Of a stretch of 64,000 nucleotides of DNA, positions 1-15,513 are shown piece after piece; the stretch's first letter is position 1; every line of letters starts with the position of its first letter. This DNA is from Pseudomonadota bacterium (lineage in GTDB: Bacteria > Pseudomonadota > Gammaproteobacteria > Pseudomonadales > Azotimanducaceae). The notes beneath the pieces were generated by a model. It made no database searches. It saw only the letters and a list, made by a program, of their open reading frames with translations, and had not been told where the DNA came from. The position numbers and the translations under genes were made by a program. The stretch covers positions 2,754-66,753 of the forward strand of contig JBMCWS010000001.1 of NCBI GenBank assembly GCA_048621375.1. Direction: 5' to 3'.

Positions 1-650
1 TCGATGGCCAGTCGCACCGAGGTGGCGGTGATGAGCACGGCACCGAGGCCGAACAGACCCGCGAGCATCATGCCCAGGCGGTTCACCACCCGGGTCATGT
101 CGGTGACCCGTTCCAGCCAGGTCCGCTCCACCACCACGTCCTCCACCGCGTCGGAGCCCCGCGCCACCGCCGCCGCACGCTCGAGGTCCACGGGCGATGC
201 GCCCTCCGCCAGGGTCGCGCGCAGCGACGCGGGCAGGGGATTCTCATCCAGCAGCGCCAGGGCGTCGTCCAGCTCGACGTAGCCCTGAAACTCCGCCAGA
301 GCTTCGTCGCTGGAGATCACGTCGACCGCCGCCACGGCGGACTCCTGCTCCAGCCGTTTTGCGAGCGCGTCCACGGTCGCCGCCGCCGCATCGACCTCGA
401 AATAGACGGACAGCCCCGGGCGCCCCTCCCACGCACCGGTCATGGCGGCGAGGTTCACCTGCAACAGGTACAGCCCGGCGGGCAGCGCCAGGGCGATCCC
501 CACCAGCACCCAGACCAGCAGGCTGGTGCCCAGGCGCTCGGCGATGAAATGGAACGTCTCGCGGGCGATCCGCGCGTGGTCTCGCACGCCGGCCAGCAAG
601 CCCGCGCGCTGGCGGGGCCAGGGCTCGCGCAGGCGCCTAGTCCGGGCCAT
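1..650 (-). CDS. ftsX: Cell division permease FtsX (N-terminal ~216 codons; 3' end beyond window)
   Basis: Hand-translated open frame running off the window edge; it is absent from the ORF track because no stop lies in the window. ATG at 650-648 gives MARTRRLREPWPRQRAGLL..., a TM helix LLVWVLVGIALALPAGLYLL, then the periplasmic domain VAAVDVISSDEALAEFQGYVELDD. Overlaps the ftsE stop by 14 nt, in ftsY-ftsE-ftsX order. Confidence 0.8.
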   Translation of the reverse strand, partial: MARTRRLREPWPRQRAGLLAGVRDHARIARETFHFIAERLGTSLLVWVLVGIALALPAGLYLLQVNLAAMTGAWEGRPGLSVYFEVDAAAATVDALAKRLEQESAVAAVDVISSDEALAEFQGYVELDDALALLDENPLPASLRATLAEGASPVDLERAAAVARGSDAVEDVVVERTWLERVTDMTRVVNRLGMMLAGLFGLGAVLITATSVRLAI

Positions 651-1371
651 GCACGCCTGCCTCCGCCACGGCGGCGGGGTCCGCCTCCGCGCCACTGTCG
701 GCGCCGTCACGGTCTCCGACCATGGCGCCGTTGGAAAGCTCCACGATGCGCATGCCCATGGACTCGATGAGATCGCGGTCGTGGCTGGCGACGATCACCG
801 TCGTTCCCACCTGATGGAACTGCCGGAACACCTGCATGATGTCCCGGGACAGCTCCGGGTCGAGGTTGCCGGTGGGCTCGTCCGCCAGCAGGATCTTCGG
901 GCGGTTCACCACCGCCCGGGCGATACCCACCCGCTGCTGCTCGCCGGTGGAAAGGTGGCGGGGCAGCAGGCGTTCCTTGCCGAGGAGGGCGACCCGCGAC
1001 AGCGCGCCGCGAACCCGGCGGGCCACGTCGCGCTCCCGCAACCCGGTGACCCGCAACGGCAGGGCCACGTTGTGGAAAACGCTGCGCTGGGGCAGCAGAT
1101 GATGATCCTGGAACACCGCGCCGAGATGCTGGCGGTAGTACGCCAGCCGCGCGGGCGCCAGCTGACTGACGTTGACGCCGTTCACCAGGATCTGCCCCCG
1201 GGTAGGGCGGTCGAGACACAGCAGTAGCTTCAGGAAGGTGCTCTTGCCGGCCCCGGAGTGTCCGGTGAGAAACGACATGGAGCCCGCCTCGAAGCTGGCG
1301 GTGAGCTCCTTCAAGGCTTCCTGACCGTTGTCGAAGCGTTTCGTGACCTGATGGAACTCGATCTGACCCAC
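637..1371 (-). CDS. ftsE: Cell division ATP-binding protein FtsE
   Basis: ORF 637..1500 trimmed to GTG 1371 (VGQIEFHQVTKRF). Walker A GHSGAGKST, ABC signature LSTGEQQRV, Walker B ILLADEPTG. Lies between ftsY and ftsX. Confidence 0.9.
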   Translation of the reverse strand: MGQIEFHQVTKRFDNGQEALKELTASFEAGSMSFLTGHSGAGKSTFLKLLLCLDRPTRGQILVNGVNVSQLAPARLAYYRQHLGAVFQDHHLLPQRSVFHNVALPLRVTGLRERDVARRVRGALSRVALLGKERLLPRHLSTGEQQRVGIARAVVNRPKILLADEPTGNLDPELSRDIMQVFRQFHQVGTTVIVASHDRDLIESMGMRIVELSNGAMVGDRDGADSGAEADPAAVAEAGVHGPD

Positions 1372-1387
1372 GCCGCCGCCGGCCCCG

Positions 1388-2341
1388 TCAATCCTGCGCC
1401 AGCAAGGCGTCGACGAACTCGTCGGCGGAGAACGGCTTGAGATCGTCCACGCCCTCGCCGATACCGATGAAGTACACGGGCTTGGCGATCTGCCGGGCAA
1501 TGGCGAACAGCACCCCGGCCTTGGCAGTGCCGTCCAGCTTGGTGATCACCAGACCGCTCACCCCGACGGCGGCATCGAACTCGCGCACCTGAGAGAGGGC
1601 GTTCTGGCCGATCCCGGCATCCAGCACCAGCAGCACCTGGTGGGGCGCACCCTCGTCCTGGCGCTGCACCACCCGCTTCACCTTGCGCAGCTCGTCCATC
1701 AGGTTGGTCTTCGCCTGCAGCCGTCCCGCGGTGTCGGCGAGCACCACGTCCGCACCCCGGGAGCGGGCCGCCTCCACCGCGTCGAAGACCACCGAGGCGC
1801 TGTCCGCGCCCTGACGCTGGGCGATCACCGGCACGCCGTTGCGCTCGCCCCAGCCCTGGAGCTGCTCCACGGCGGCGGCGCGGAACGTGTCCCCGGCGGC
1901 CATCACCACGGAGTGCCCCTCCGCCGCCAGCATCCGCGCCATCTTGCCGATCGTGGTGGTCTTGCCCACGCCGTTGACGCCGACGAACAGCACGACGAAG
2001 GGGCGGGTGGTGGCGGGAATCTCGAACGGACGGCTCAGGGGCGCCAGCTCATCCTTGAGGAGTTGCGCCAGGGCGCCATGCAGCGCCACCGTATCGTTCA
2101 GCTCCCGGCGTTTCACCCGCCCGGCCAGCTCGTCGATGATCTCGCGGGTGGTGTCCGTGCCGACGTCGGTCACGAGCAGCGAGGTCTCGAGCTCCTCCAT
2201 GACGCTGTCGTCGACTTCCTTGGCCCCCAGCAGCAGATTGCCCACGCCCTCGGCGAGCTGGCCCCGGGTCTTCTTCAGACTGCTCTTCAGTCGCCGCCAG
2301 ATGCCTCTGCCATTGCCGCTGTCCTGTTCTGCGTCGCTCAC
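1388..2341 (-). CDS. ftsY: Signal recognition particle receptor FtsY
   Basis: SRP-GTPase NG domain: GVNGVGKTTTIGK, DTAGRLQ, TKLDGTAKAG. The long ORF 1388..3016 is trimmed to GTG 2341, which is preceded by an AAGGAAA SD (alternative ATG 2410). The upstream part of the ORF overlaps divergent rsmD and is not coding. Confidence 0.88.
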   Translation of the reverse strand: MSDAEQDSGNGRGIWRRLKSSLKKTRGQLAEGVGNLLLGAKEVDDSVMEELETSLLVTDVGTDTTREIIDELAGRVKRRELNDTVALHGALAQLLKDELAPLSRPFEIPATTRPFVVLFVGVNGVGKTTTIGKMARMLAAEGHSVVMAAGDTFRAAAVEQLQGWGERNGVPVIAQRQGADSASVVFDAVEAARSRGADVVLADTAGRLQAKTNLMDELRKVKRVVQRQDEGAPHQVLLVLDAGIGQNALSQVREFDAAVGVSGLVITKLDGTAKAGVLFAIARQIAKPVYFIGIGEGVDDLKPFSADEFVDALLAQD

Positions 2342-2452
2342 TGCTTTCCTTTCGAGTTCGTTCGCACTGTGCGTTGCGGCCTTGCCGACGACCGGGGGGT
2401 GTCGCAACATGACGGCTCCCTCACCGCCGGAACACGGGACCCCCGACCTTCC

Positions 2453-3001
2453 ATGGCCAGCTTCCAGGTGCGCATTATCGGCGGTAAGTGGAAAGGGCGA
2501 AAGCTCGTGTTTCCCGATCAACGCGGGCTCCGGCCCACCCTGGGCCGCGCCCGCGAGACCATTTTCAACTGGCTGCAGGGCGAGCTGGAAGGCCGCCACT
2601 GCCTCGACCTCTTCGCCGGCAGCGGGGCCCTGGGCTTCGAAGCGCTGTCCCGCGGCGCGGCCAGCGTCACCTTCGTGGAAAGCCACCGGGGCACCGCGCG
2701 CGCCCTCCGGGCCAATGCCGACCGGCTCGGCGCCGACGGCGCCACCGTGATCACCGGGCGGGCGGAACGAGTGCTGCGGCGCTGCTCCCGGACTTGGGAG
2801 GTGATTTTCGTCGACCCGCCGTTCGCGACCACCGCCACCGCAGCCGCGCTGGCCGCCGTGCGCGAAGCGGAAGCGCTGGCCCCGGGCGGGCTGGTATACG
2901 CGGAAGCCCCCCGAGGCGAGCCGCTGGCCGGCGACGACTGGGAGCTGATCAAGCACGCCCGCACCGGTGAGACCCATTTCGGGCTGCTTGCCCTCCCGTG
3001 A
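2453..3001 (+). CDS. rsmD: 16S rRNA (guanine966-N2)-methyltransferase RsmD
   Basis: ATG 2453 inside ORF 1640..3001. MASFQVRIIGGKWKGRKL, SAM motif DLFAGSGALGFEALSRGA, DPPF motif. Divergent from ftsY as in E. coli. Confidence 0.85.
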   Translation: MASFQVRIIGGKWKGRKLVFPDQRGLRPTLGRARETIFNWLQGELEGRHCLDLFAGSGALGFEALSRGAASVTFVESHRGTARALRANADRLGADGATVITGRAERVLRRCSRTWEVIFVDPPFATTATAAALAAVREAEALAPGGLVYAEAPRGEPLAGDDWELIKHARTGETHFGLLALP

Positions 3002-3041
3002 CCGCGCGGCTACCATCCGGCGGTCTTCGGGGGAGCCGTAT

Positions 3042-3518
3042 ATGCGAGTCGTAGTCTACCCAGGGTCGTTCAACCCCATCACCAACGGACACGTGGATCT
3101 GGTGAAACGCGCCCTGCACCTGTTCGATCACGTGGTGGTGGCCATCGGCACCTCGGCGCAGAAGGACCCCAAGGTGGACCTGAAGGACCGCATCGACCTC
3201 TGCAGGGAAGTCCTGACGGACTTCGGCGACAGCGTCTCGGTGGAAGGCTTCAACACCCTCCTGGTGGACTACGTGCGCAGCAAGAACAGCCAGTTCATCC
3301 TGCGCGGGCTGCGGACCGTCACCGACTTCGACTACGAGTTCCAGATGGCGGAGATGAACCAGTCCCTCGACCCCGGCGTGGAATACGTGTTTCTGCCTAC
3401 CTCGAAGGAATGCTCGTTCATCTCGTCCACGCTGGTGCGGGAGATCGCGGCGCTCGGCGGCGACATCTCCCAGTTCGTGCATCCCGCCGTGGTGCAGGCC
3501 TACGGCAGCCGCCGCTGA
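3042..3518 (+). CDS. coaD: Phosphopantetheine adenylyltransferase CoaD
   Basis: ATG 3042 with GGGGAG SD. MRVVVYPGSFNPITNGHVDLV, ISSTLVREI. 158 aa. Confidence 0.95.
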   Translation: MRVVVYPGSFNPITNGHVDLVKRALHLFDHVVVAIGTSAQKDPKVDLKDRIDLCREVLTDFGDSVSVEGFNTLLVDYVRSKNSQFILRGLRTVTDFDYEFQMAEMNQSLDPGVEYVFLPTSKECSFISSTLVREIAALGGDISQFVHPAVVQAYGSRR

Positions 3519-3536
3519 CGACAGCGGGCGCGGCGG

Positions 3537-3857
3537 CTAGTACGGCTCCCGTGGGTCGTGATGGCGCCCCGCGGACCGGCAGCCCAGGCACCGCACGAAC
3601 GTCTCCCTGGCCGGACCCGCCACCAGCGTCTCGGCCGCCTGATCCACGTTGCCGCCGGCGGCGCTGAACGGCAGGCTCGCCACGAACGCCACGGCCCCCA
3701 GGGTCGTCACCACCACGCCCGCGGGCCGGGCGATGAGCAGATCCGCGGCCATCTCGGTGGCCGCGGGGTCGTCCTCGGGAGCCGCGTACGTCGGCGCCGC
3801 CACCGCGCCGAGCAGACACGCCCACAGAAGCGTTCGCCCGAAACGTCTCATGATCAT
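3537..3857 (-). CDS. Small exported protein of unknown function (signal peptide, CxxC near C-terminus)
   Basis: ATG 3857 overlaps the fpg stop as [29 protein letters not shown] looks like a Sec signal peptide. The mature ~80 aa has a hydrophobic segment [17 protein letters not shown] and CLGC. GC3-rich frame. Confidence 0.6.
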   Translation of the reverse strand: MIMRRFGRTLLWACLLGAVAAPTYAAPEDDPAATEMAADLLIARPAGVVVTTLGAVAFVASLPFSAAGGNVDQAAETLVAGPARETFVRCLGCRSAGRHHDPREPY

Positions 3858-4735
3858 GCTTGGCTCTCGCGTTCTACGTTGGCTTGGATAGCCGCACTGT
3901 AGCACTCGACTGGTGCGAATCCTTGGGCGCGTTGGCAATTCGGACAAAAAACCGTCGCCCGCTGGCCCAGCCGCACCGCCGAGAGGACGGTGCCACAGAC
4001 TCTGCAGGGCGCACCGGCCCGGCCGTAGACGTACAGGGACTGACGAAAGTAGCCGGGCTGCCCGTCGGCGCTGACGAAATCCCGCAGGGTCGTGCCCCCC
4101 TGCTCGATGGCCTGGCGGAGGACGCGGGTCACCGCGGCGGCCAGGCGGTCGTAGCTCGCCCGCGTCACGCGCGGCGCCCGCAGGGTGGGGCGGATGCCCG
4201 CCAAAAACAGCGCCTCGTTGGCGTAGATGTTGCCGATTCCGACGACGACCCGGGCGTCCATGAGCAGGGTCTTCACCGCGACCCGGCGGCCGCGGGCCGC
4301 CCGCTTCAGATACGCGCCGGTGAAGGCCTCGGAGAGCGGCTCCACCCCCAGGGCCGCCAGCAGGCGATGCTCGCCGTCCGTCCCGGTGTGCCAGTGGAGG
4401 CTGCCGAAGCGGCGGGGGTCGTTGTAACGCAGCGCGGCGCCGGAATCGAGCTCCAGGTCGACGTGGTCGTGCCTCACCGCCGGTGTCCCCGCGGCCACGA
4501 TCCGCAGGCTGCCGGACATGCCCAGATGCAGGATCAACGTCCCCGTCTCCATGCGGATGAGCAGGTACTTGGCGCGCCGCTCCACCGCGCGCACCCGCTG
4601 GCCGCGCAGCGCCTCCGGAAGTGCCACCGGCCAGCGCAACGCCGGGTTGCGCACCCGCCAGCCGCGCACACGGCGACCCACGAGATGCGGCTCTACACCG
4701 CGGCGGGTGGTTTCTACCTCTGGAAGCTCCGGCAC
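3854..4735 (-). CDS. mutM: Formamidopyrimidine-DNA glycosylase (Fpg/MutM)
   Basis: ORF 3854..4762 trimmed to GTG 4735 so that the catalytic Pro is residue 2 ([12 protein letters not shown]). H2TH region and zinc finger CRVCG...FCPNCQ. Has a ~23-aa tail beyond the zinc finger. Confidence 0.9.
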   Translation of the reverse strand: MPELPEVETTRRGVEPHLVGRRVRGWRVRNPALRWPVALPEALRGQRVRAVERRAKYLLIRMETGTLILHLGMSGSLRIVAAGTPAVRHDHVDLELDSGAALRYNDPRRFGSLHWHTGTDGEHRLLAALGVEPLSEAFTGAYLKRAARGRRVAVKTLLMDARVVVGIGNIYANEALFLAGIRPTLRAPRVTRASYDRLAAAVTRVLRQAIEQGGTTLRDFVSADGQPGYFRQSLYVYGRAGAPCRVCGTVLSAVRLGQRATVFCPNCQRAQGFAPVECYSAAIQANVERESQA

Positions 4736-4799
4736 ACTCGTGGTCCGGATCGGAACGGGCACCGCGGACGGCCGGGGGAGGCCGCCCGAGCGGGGTGCA

Positions 4800-4955
4800 T
4801 CACTTGATCTTCGCTTCGGTGTAGATCACATGCTTGCGAACCACCGGATCGTACTTCTTGAACTCCAGCTTGTCCGGCGTGTTCCGCTTGTTCTTGTCGG
4901 TGGTGTAGTAGTGGCCGGTGCCCGCGCTCGAGACCAGTTTGATTTTGTCACGCAT
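4800..4955 (-). CDS. rpmG: 50S ribosomal protein L33
   Basis: Hand-translated, below the ORF-track size cutoff: [51 protein letters not shown], 51 aa. Directly downstream of rpmB. Confidence 0.92.
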   Translation of the reverse strand: MRDKIKLVSSAGTGHYYTTDKNKRNTPDKLEFKKYDPVVRKHVIYTEAKIK

Positions 4956-4982
4956 GGTGCTCTGCTCGCTTGATGCTCGTGG

Positions 4983-5219
4983 TCAGACCCGATCGCCGCG
5001 GCGGCGGATGTCGGCGAGCACCTCCTCGATGCCCTTCTTGTCGATGATCCGCATCCCTTTGGAAGACACGCGCAGGCGTACGAAACGCTGCTCGCTTTCC
5101 ACCCAGAACCGGTGAACGTGCAGATTCGGCGAAAACCGGCGCCGGGTCTTGTTTTGCGCGTGGCTCACGTTGTTCCCGGTCAGCGGACGCTTGCCGGTCA
5201 CCTGACAGACTTGAGACAT
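4983..5219 (-). CDS. rpmB: 50S ribosomal protein L28
   Basis: [34 protein letters not shown]..., 78 aa, a typical L28. Confidence 0.96.
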   Translation of the reverse strand: MSQVCQVTGKRPLTGNNVSHAQNKTRRRFSPNLHVHRFWVESEQRFVRLRVSSKGMRIIDKKGIEEVLADIRRRGDRV

Positions 5220-5248
5220 GGCTCGGGGTCCGAAAAAAATGAGGCGCG

Positions 5249-5277
5249 TTTATAGCAGAGCCGGTGCCCGCCGGCAA
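5249..5277 (-). promoter_or_regulatory. Candidate sigma70 promoter of rpmB-rpmG
   Basis: On the minus strand: TTGCCG (5277-5272), a 17-nt spacer, then TATAAA (5254-5249), about 30 nt upstream of the rpmB ATG. Confidence 0.4.
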
Positions 5278-5325
5278 GCGGCGGCGCTGGCTCTGCCGCC
5301 GTCGGCGAACGGCTCACGGCGGAAG

Positions 5326-6018
5326 CTACAGCAGACCCCGTTCCGCCAAGGACACGGTAGTGCCGTGGCCGACGACCACGTGGTCGATCACGCGGACGTC
5401 GATCTGCATGAGCAGCATGCGCAGCTCCTCGGTGAGACGGAGATCGCTGGGGCTCGGCTCCGGATTGCCGGAGGGATGGTTGTGGGCGAGCACCACGGCA
5501 GCGGCGTTGTGCGCCAGCGCCTGCTTGAGCACCTCCCGCGGATGCACACTGGCGCGGTCCACCGAGCCGAGAAACAACGCCTCGAAACCGATGAGCCGGT
5601 GGCGGGTATCGAGGAACAGGCACGCGAACACCTCGCGCTCGTATCCGGTGAGCTTGTGCTGCAGGTAACGGCGCACCGCCCGGGTATCGCTGAGCAGGGG
5701 ACGGTCGGCGATGCCGGCCTCGGCGTTGCGCTCCCCCAGGGCGAGAACGGCCTTGAGCAGGGCGATTCGCGCCGGGCCGAGACCGCGCACCGCCGCGAGG
5801 CGCCGGGGCGATGCCCGCAGCAGCGGTCGCAGCCCGCCGAAGGCGTCGAGCAGGTGACGAGCGAAGCCGAGCACGTCGTGGCGCCCGTCGCCCGTCCCCA
5901 GGCACACGGCGACGAGCTCGGCGTCGCTCAGGGCGTCGGCGCCCGCCTTCAGCAGCCGCTCGCGGGGCCGCTCCCCTTTCGGCCACTCCGGCACACTCGG
6001 AACTGCTGCCATCGCCAC
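5326..6018 (-). CDS. radC: RadC-family JAB/MPN domain protein
   Basis: N-terminal WPKGERPRERLL, HhH region, and the JAMM motif HNHPSGNPEPS. Confidence 0.9.
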   Translation of the reverse strand: MAMAAVPSVPEWPKGERPRERLLKAGADALSDAELVAVCLGTGDGRHDVLGFARHLLDAFGGLRPLLRASPRRLAAVRGLGPARIALLKAVLALGERNAEAGIADRPLLSDTRAVRRYLQHKLTGYEREVFACLFLDTRHRLIGFEALFLGSVDRASVHPREVLKQALAHNAAAVVLAHNHPSGNPEPSPSDLRLTEELRMLLMQIDVRVIDHVVVGHGTTVSLAERGLL

Positions 6019-6107
6019 CTCCGGCTCCCGCCGCGCCGCCGCTCGCCGCGTAGTGGCGGCGCGGCCATGATGGTAAGGTTGCCTGCTACCCGTGCCAGGG
6101 AGCTCAC

Positions 6108-7376
6108 ATGACTCAGGGGATCCCCGACGAGCCGGCGCAACCCCTCGCGCACCGTCGCATCATAGTGGGGGTCAGTGGCGGCATCGCAGCCTACAAGACG
6201 CCCATCCTCGTGCGACGATTGCGCGAAGCCGGTGCAGACGTTCAGGTGGTCACCACCCGGGGCGCGGAGCACTTCGTCACCACCACCGCGCTGCAGGCGG
6301 TCTCCGGGCATCCGGTCCGTAACGACCTGTGGGACCCCCACGCCGAGGCCGCCATGGGTCACATCGAGCTCGCGCGCTGGCCCGACCTCATCGTGGTGGC
6401 TCCGGCAACCGCCGACCTGCTGGCCCGGCTCGCCAGCGGACGCGCCGACGATCTGCTGTGCACCCTGCGGCTGGCCAGCCGGGCGCCCGTGCTGCTGGCG
6501 CCGGCAATGAACGTGGCCATGTGGGAGCACCCGGCGACCCAGCGAAACCTGCGCCAGCTCGAGACGGACGGCTGCCGGATCAGCGGCCCCGATGCCGGCC
6601 CCATGGCCTGCGGCGAATACGGGCCCGGCCGCATGGTGGAACCCGAGGCGCTGCTGGACGCGGTGATCGGCGAGCTCGCCGACCCGCGCCTGAATCCGCT
6701 CGAGGGCCGCCGGCTCCTGATCACCGCCGGCCCCACCCGCGAAGCCGTCGACCCGGTGCGCTACATCAGCAACCGCAGCTCCGGCAAGCAGGGCTACGCG
6801 CTGGCCGCCGCCGCCCGGGCCGCCGGCGCAGCGGTGACCCTGGTCAGCGGCCCGGTGGACCTGCCGGCCCCGCCCGGCGTGGACCGGGTGTCCGTGACCG
6901 CGGCGCAGGAAATGCACGAGGCGGTAATGGCCCGGGTGGATCGCTGCGACGTGTTCATCGGCGTGGCCGCCGTGGCCGACTTCCGTCCGGTGAGCGCCGC
7001 GGCACAGAAGATCAAGAAGAAGCCGGACGCGCCACGGGAAATGTCACTGTCCCTGGTCGAGAATCCGGATATCATCGCCGCCGTGGCCGCGCACCCCCGG
7101 CGCCCCTTCGTGGTGGGGTTCGCCGCCGAGACGGAGCATGCCCTCGAGCACGCCCGAGCGAAGCGGGAGCGCAAGCAGCTCGACATGGTGGTGGTCAACG
7201 ACGTCTCCGATCCGGGGATCGGCTTCAACAGCGACGAGAACCGGGTCACCATGATCTGGGACGGCGGCGAGCGCCGTCTGCCGCAGTCGGGCAAGGCGGC
7301 GGTATCGCGGGAAATCCTCGCGGCCGTGGCCGAGCGCCTCTCCGCCGGGAACGCCGCAGACGGGAGCGGCTCGTGA
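6108..7376 (+). CDS. coaBC: Bifunctional phosphopantothenoylcysteine decarboxylase / synthetase CoaBC (Dfp)
   Basis: RIIVGVSGGIAAYKTPILVRRL flavoprotein domain plus the C-terminal CoaB domain (ITAGPTREAVDPVRYISNRSSGKQG). 422 aa. Confidence 0.95.
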   Translation: MTQGIPDEPAQPLAHRRIIVGVSGGIAAYKTPILVRRLREAGADVQVVTTRGAEHFVTTTALQAVSGHPVRNDLWDPHAEAAMGHIELARWPDLIVVAPATADLLARLASGRADDLLCTLRLASRAPVLLAPAMNVAMWEHPATQRNLRQLETDGCRISGPDAGPMACGEYGPGRMVEPEALLDAVIGELADPRLNPLEGRRLLITAGPTREAVDPVRYISNRSSGKQGYALAAAARAAGAAVTLVSGPVDLPAPPGVDRVSVTAAQEMHEAVMARVDRCDVFIGVAAVADFRPVSAAAQKIKKKPDAPREMSLSLVENPDIIAAVAAHPRRPFVVGFAAETEHALEHARAKRERKQLDMVVVNDVSDPGIGFNSDENRVTMIWDGGERRLPQSGKAAVSREILAAVAERLSAGNAADGSGS

Positions 7377-7428
7377 CGCCGCGGGCGCTGGATCGAGCGC
7401 ACACGCGCCACTACCATGCATCGAGCGA

Positions 7429-11532
<4,104 letters not shown>

Positions 11533-11540
<8 letters not shown>

Positions 11541-12162
11541 CACCCGTGTTGGCGGAGTCGGGACACGTGCCGTCGCGAAACCGGGCGAGCTCGTGGTCGA
11601 AGCGTGCCTCGATCTCGGGGCGCTCCTCGCGTCGTTTGCGGATGCTGTCCTCGAGCGAGCCGATGCGCGCCCGATTGCGCTCGATCCGATCGAGCAGGGC
11701 GGGCGCAACGTCGCGACCGGCGCGTTCCGCGGACGCCGCCCGCGCGCTCAGATCCTCCCGACGCTCACGCGCCCGGGCGAGATTGGACTCGAGCTGCTCC
11801 ACACGATTTTCCAGCGACTGCAAGGCCTCCTTGCGGGCGAACTCGATCTCCGCCTCCGAGCCATACAGGGCGTAGAGCCGCTCCAGCTCGTCCCGGCAGG
11901 CGGCCAGGGCCGCTTCCCGGCGCTTCTGCTCGGCCAGCGCCTCGGGAGACGGTTGCGGCGCCACCGACTCCAGCACCTGCCCCGTGGTCATGTCGACCTT
12001 GTCGTAACCGTCCTTGGCCTGATCCGAGGGAAGGGTGTAGGAATACACCTCCTCGCCGCTGTCGTCGGTGAAGCGGTACATGACCCGCTCGGCAGCGGCC
12101 ACGCCCGTCGCCGCTCCGAGCAAAGCGGCTGCCAACAGAATCTGGAGCGGTTGTTTCATCAT
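11533..12162 (-). CDS. Exported DUF4124-like coiled-coil protein
   Basis: Signal peptide [27 protein letters not shown]4124-like MYRFTDDSGEEVYSYTLPSD, then a long Glu/Arg-rich coiled coil. The ATG overlaps the pyrE stop (ATGA at 12159-12162). Confidence 0.65.
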
Positions 12163-12845
12163 CTCGCCGGTGGTGGTACGCAGTAGGTGTCGCGATAGGC
12201 GCGGATCCGCTGCCCCAGCGCCACCTGATCCTTGTCGGCGGCGGCACGTTCGTCAAGGTAGTCGATCACATCCTCGAGGGTGAGCAGGCTGATCACCGGC
12301 ACCCCGAGCTCGGCTCCCAGGGCTTCAACGGCCGTGGTGCCGTGCTCGGTCTTCTCGCGGCGATCGAGGGTAATGGCCACACCCGTCAGGTGCCCCCCCG
12401 CCCGGCGGATCAGGCGCACGCCCTCCCGCACCGCCGTGCCGGCCGTGAGCACGTCGTCCACCAGCAGCACCCGGCCCGAAACGTCACCGCCCACGAACGT
12501 GCCGCCTTCACCGTGGTCCTTGATCTCCTTGCGGTTGAACGCCCACGCCACGTCACGCCCGCGCCGTGCCAGCGCCTCGGCGGTGGCGACGGCGATGGGA
12601 ATGCCCTTGTAGGCGGGTCCGAACACCACGTCGAACTCGAGCCCGGCGGCCAGCACCCCGGCAGCATACGCGTTTGCCAGTTGCTCGGTGGCGCCGCCCT
12701 GGTGTAGTGCGCCGAGGTCGAAGAAATAGGGGCTGGTGCGACCGGACTTCAGGGTGAACTCGCCGAAGCGCAGGACCCCCGCGTCCACCAACAGCTGCAC
12801 CAGAGCGGTCCTGTGACCGGCGCTCACGGCCCCGCTCACCCCCAC
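12159..12845 (-). CDS. pyrE: Orotate phosphoribosyltransferase PyrE
   Basis: [16 protein letters not shown] and the PRPP motif [13 protein letters not shown]. The start may be slightly downstream; the ORF start overlaps the rph end by 10 nt. Confidence 0.9.
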   Translation of the reverse strand: MGVSGAVSAGHRTALVQLLVDAGVLRFGEFTLKSGRTSPYFFDLGALHQGGATEQLANAYAAGVLAAGLEFDVVFGPAYKGIPIAVATAEALARRGRDVAWAFNRKEIKDHGEGGTFVGGDVSGRVLLVDDVLTAGTAVREGVRLIRRAGGHLTGVAITLDRREKTEHGTTAVEALGAELGVPVISLLTLEDVIDYLDERAAADKDQVALGQRIRAYRDTYCVPPPAR

Positions 12846-13549
12846 CCCAGAGCGTCGCGCTGGGCACCGAGCAGCTCATCCGTGCCACAGCGGGCGAGGG
12901 CGAGCATGCCGGTGAGCTCGTCGTCGTCGAAAGGCGCCGCCTCGGCGGTGCCCTGGATCTCGATGAAACCGCCGGACGCCACCCGGACCACGTTCATGTC
13001 CGTTTCCGCCGACGAATCCTCGGCGTAATCCAGGTCGAGCACCGGGGTGCCCTGCCAGATGCCCACCGACACCGACGCCACCAGCTCCCGGAAAGCATCC
13101 GCCACCCCCGCGTGCGTGAGCGCGTCGGCCAGCGCCACGCAGCCGCCGGTTATGGAGGCGGTGCGCGTGCCGCCATCGGCCTGGATCACGTCGCAGTCCA
13201 CGCGAACCGTGCGCTCCCCGAGGCCCTGCATGTCCACGGCGGCGCGCAGGGAGCGGCCGATGAGCCGCTGAATCTCCACCGTGCGTCCGCCCTGCTTGCC
13301 CCGCGCCGCCTCGCGATCGGTGCGGGTATGGGTGGCGCCCGGCAGCATGCCGTATTCGGCGGTGATCCAGCCGGTGCCGCGGCCGCGCAGAAACCCGGGC
13401 ACGGACTCGTCCACGCTGGCGGTGCAGATGACCTTGGTGTCGCCGAACTCCACCAGCACGGAGCCGGCGGCGTGTTTCGTATACTCGCGGGTGAAACGCA
13501 CGTGGCGCATCTGCTGGGGCGTTCGTCCGCTGGGGCGTTGCGCTGCCAT
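12836..13549 (-). CDS. rph: Ribonuclease PH
   Basis: [46 protein letters not shown]. 237 aa. Confidence 0.96.
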   Translation of the reverse strand: MAAQRPSGRTPQQMRHVRFTREYTKHAAGSVLVEFGDTKVICTASVDESVPGFLRGRGTGWITAEYGMLPGATHTRTDREAARGKQGGRTVEIQRLIGRSLRAAVDMQGLGERTVRVDCDVIQADGGTRTASITGGCVALADALTHAGVADAFRELVASVSVGIWQGTPVLDLDYAEDSSAETDMNVVRVASGGFIEIQGTAEAAPFDDDELTGMLALARCGTDELLGAQRDALGWG

Positions 13550-13689
13550 GAGGCACTCTCTCGACCGGAATCAACGGGCATTATAGAACCTGGCCGCCGT
13601 CGCCTTCAGCCCGCGCATTCATCCTGGGGACGCGGCCACCGATGATCGGTAGAATCTCCAGGCAGGCAAACGGCGACCCGGCTCCACCC

Positions 13690-15191
<1,502 letters not shown>

Positions 15192-15240
15192 CCGCCGGGT
15201 AGACTCGCGCGTCCTTCAAGCTCCAGCCACGGGATCACTT

Positions 15241-15513
15241 ATGGCACGCATCACCGTCGAGGATTGCCTCGATCACGTCGACAACCGCTTCGAGCTAGTG
15301 ATGCTGGCGACCCGGCGGGCGCGGCAGATGCGCCAGTTCGGCGTCGAGCCGCTGGTACCGGAGGAAAACGACAAGCCTACGGTCATCGCGCTGCGGGAGA
15401 TCGCCGAAGGGCTCGTCAGCGAGGAAATGCTTGACGCGCAGGAGGCCTCCACCGACGATGAGGAGTTGGAGGTAACCTTCGGCACAGGAGATGACGAAAC
15501 CCGCGACGTCTAA
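15241..15513 (+). CDS. rpoZ: DNA-directed RNA polymerase subunit omega
   Basis: [30 protein letters not shown]. 90 aa. Confidence 0.96.
   Translation: MARITVEDCLDHVDNRFELVMLATRRARQMRQFGVEPLVPEENDKPTVIALREIAEGLVSEEMLDAQEASTDDEELEVTFGTGDDETRDV

Noticed and set aside
2342-3016. N-terminal 225 codons of the 542-aa FtsY ORF
   Set aside because: It runs antisense through rsmD and the divergent promoter region, and it lacks the acidic A-domain character. An SD-preceded GTG at 2341 gives a normal short FtsY.
13580-13655. -10-like hexamers in the rph/yicC divergent gap (TATAAT on the minus strand at 13580-13585, TAGAAT on the plus strand at 13650-13655)
   Set aside because: They are plausible promoters, but neither has a convincing -35 element at 16-18 nt spacing. 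I did not list them as features.
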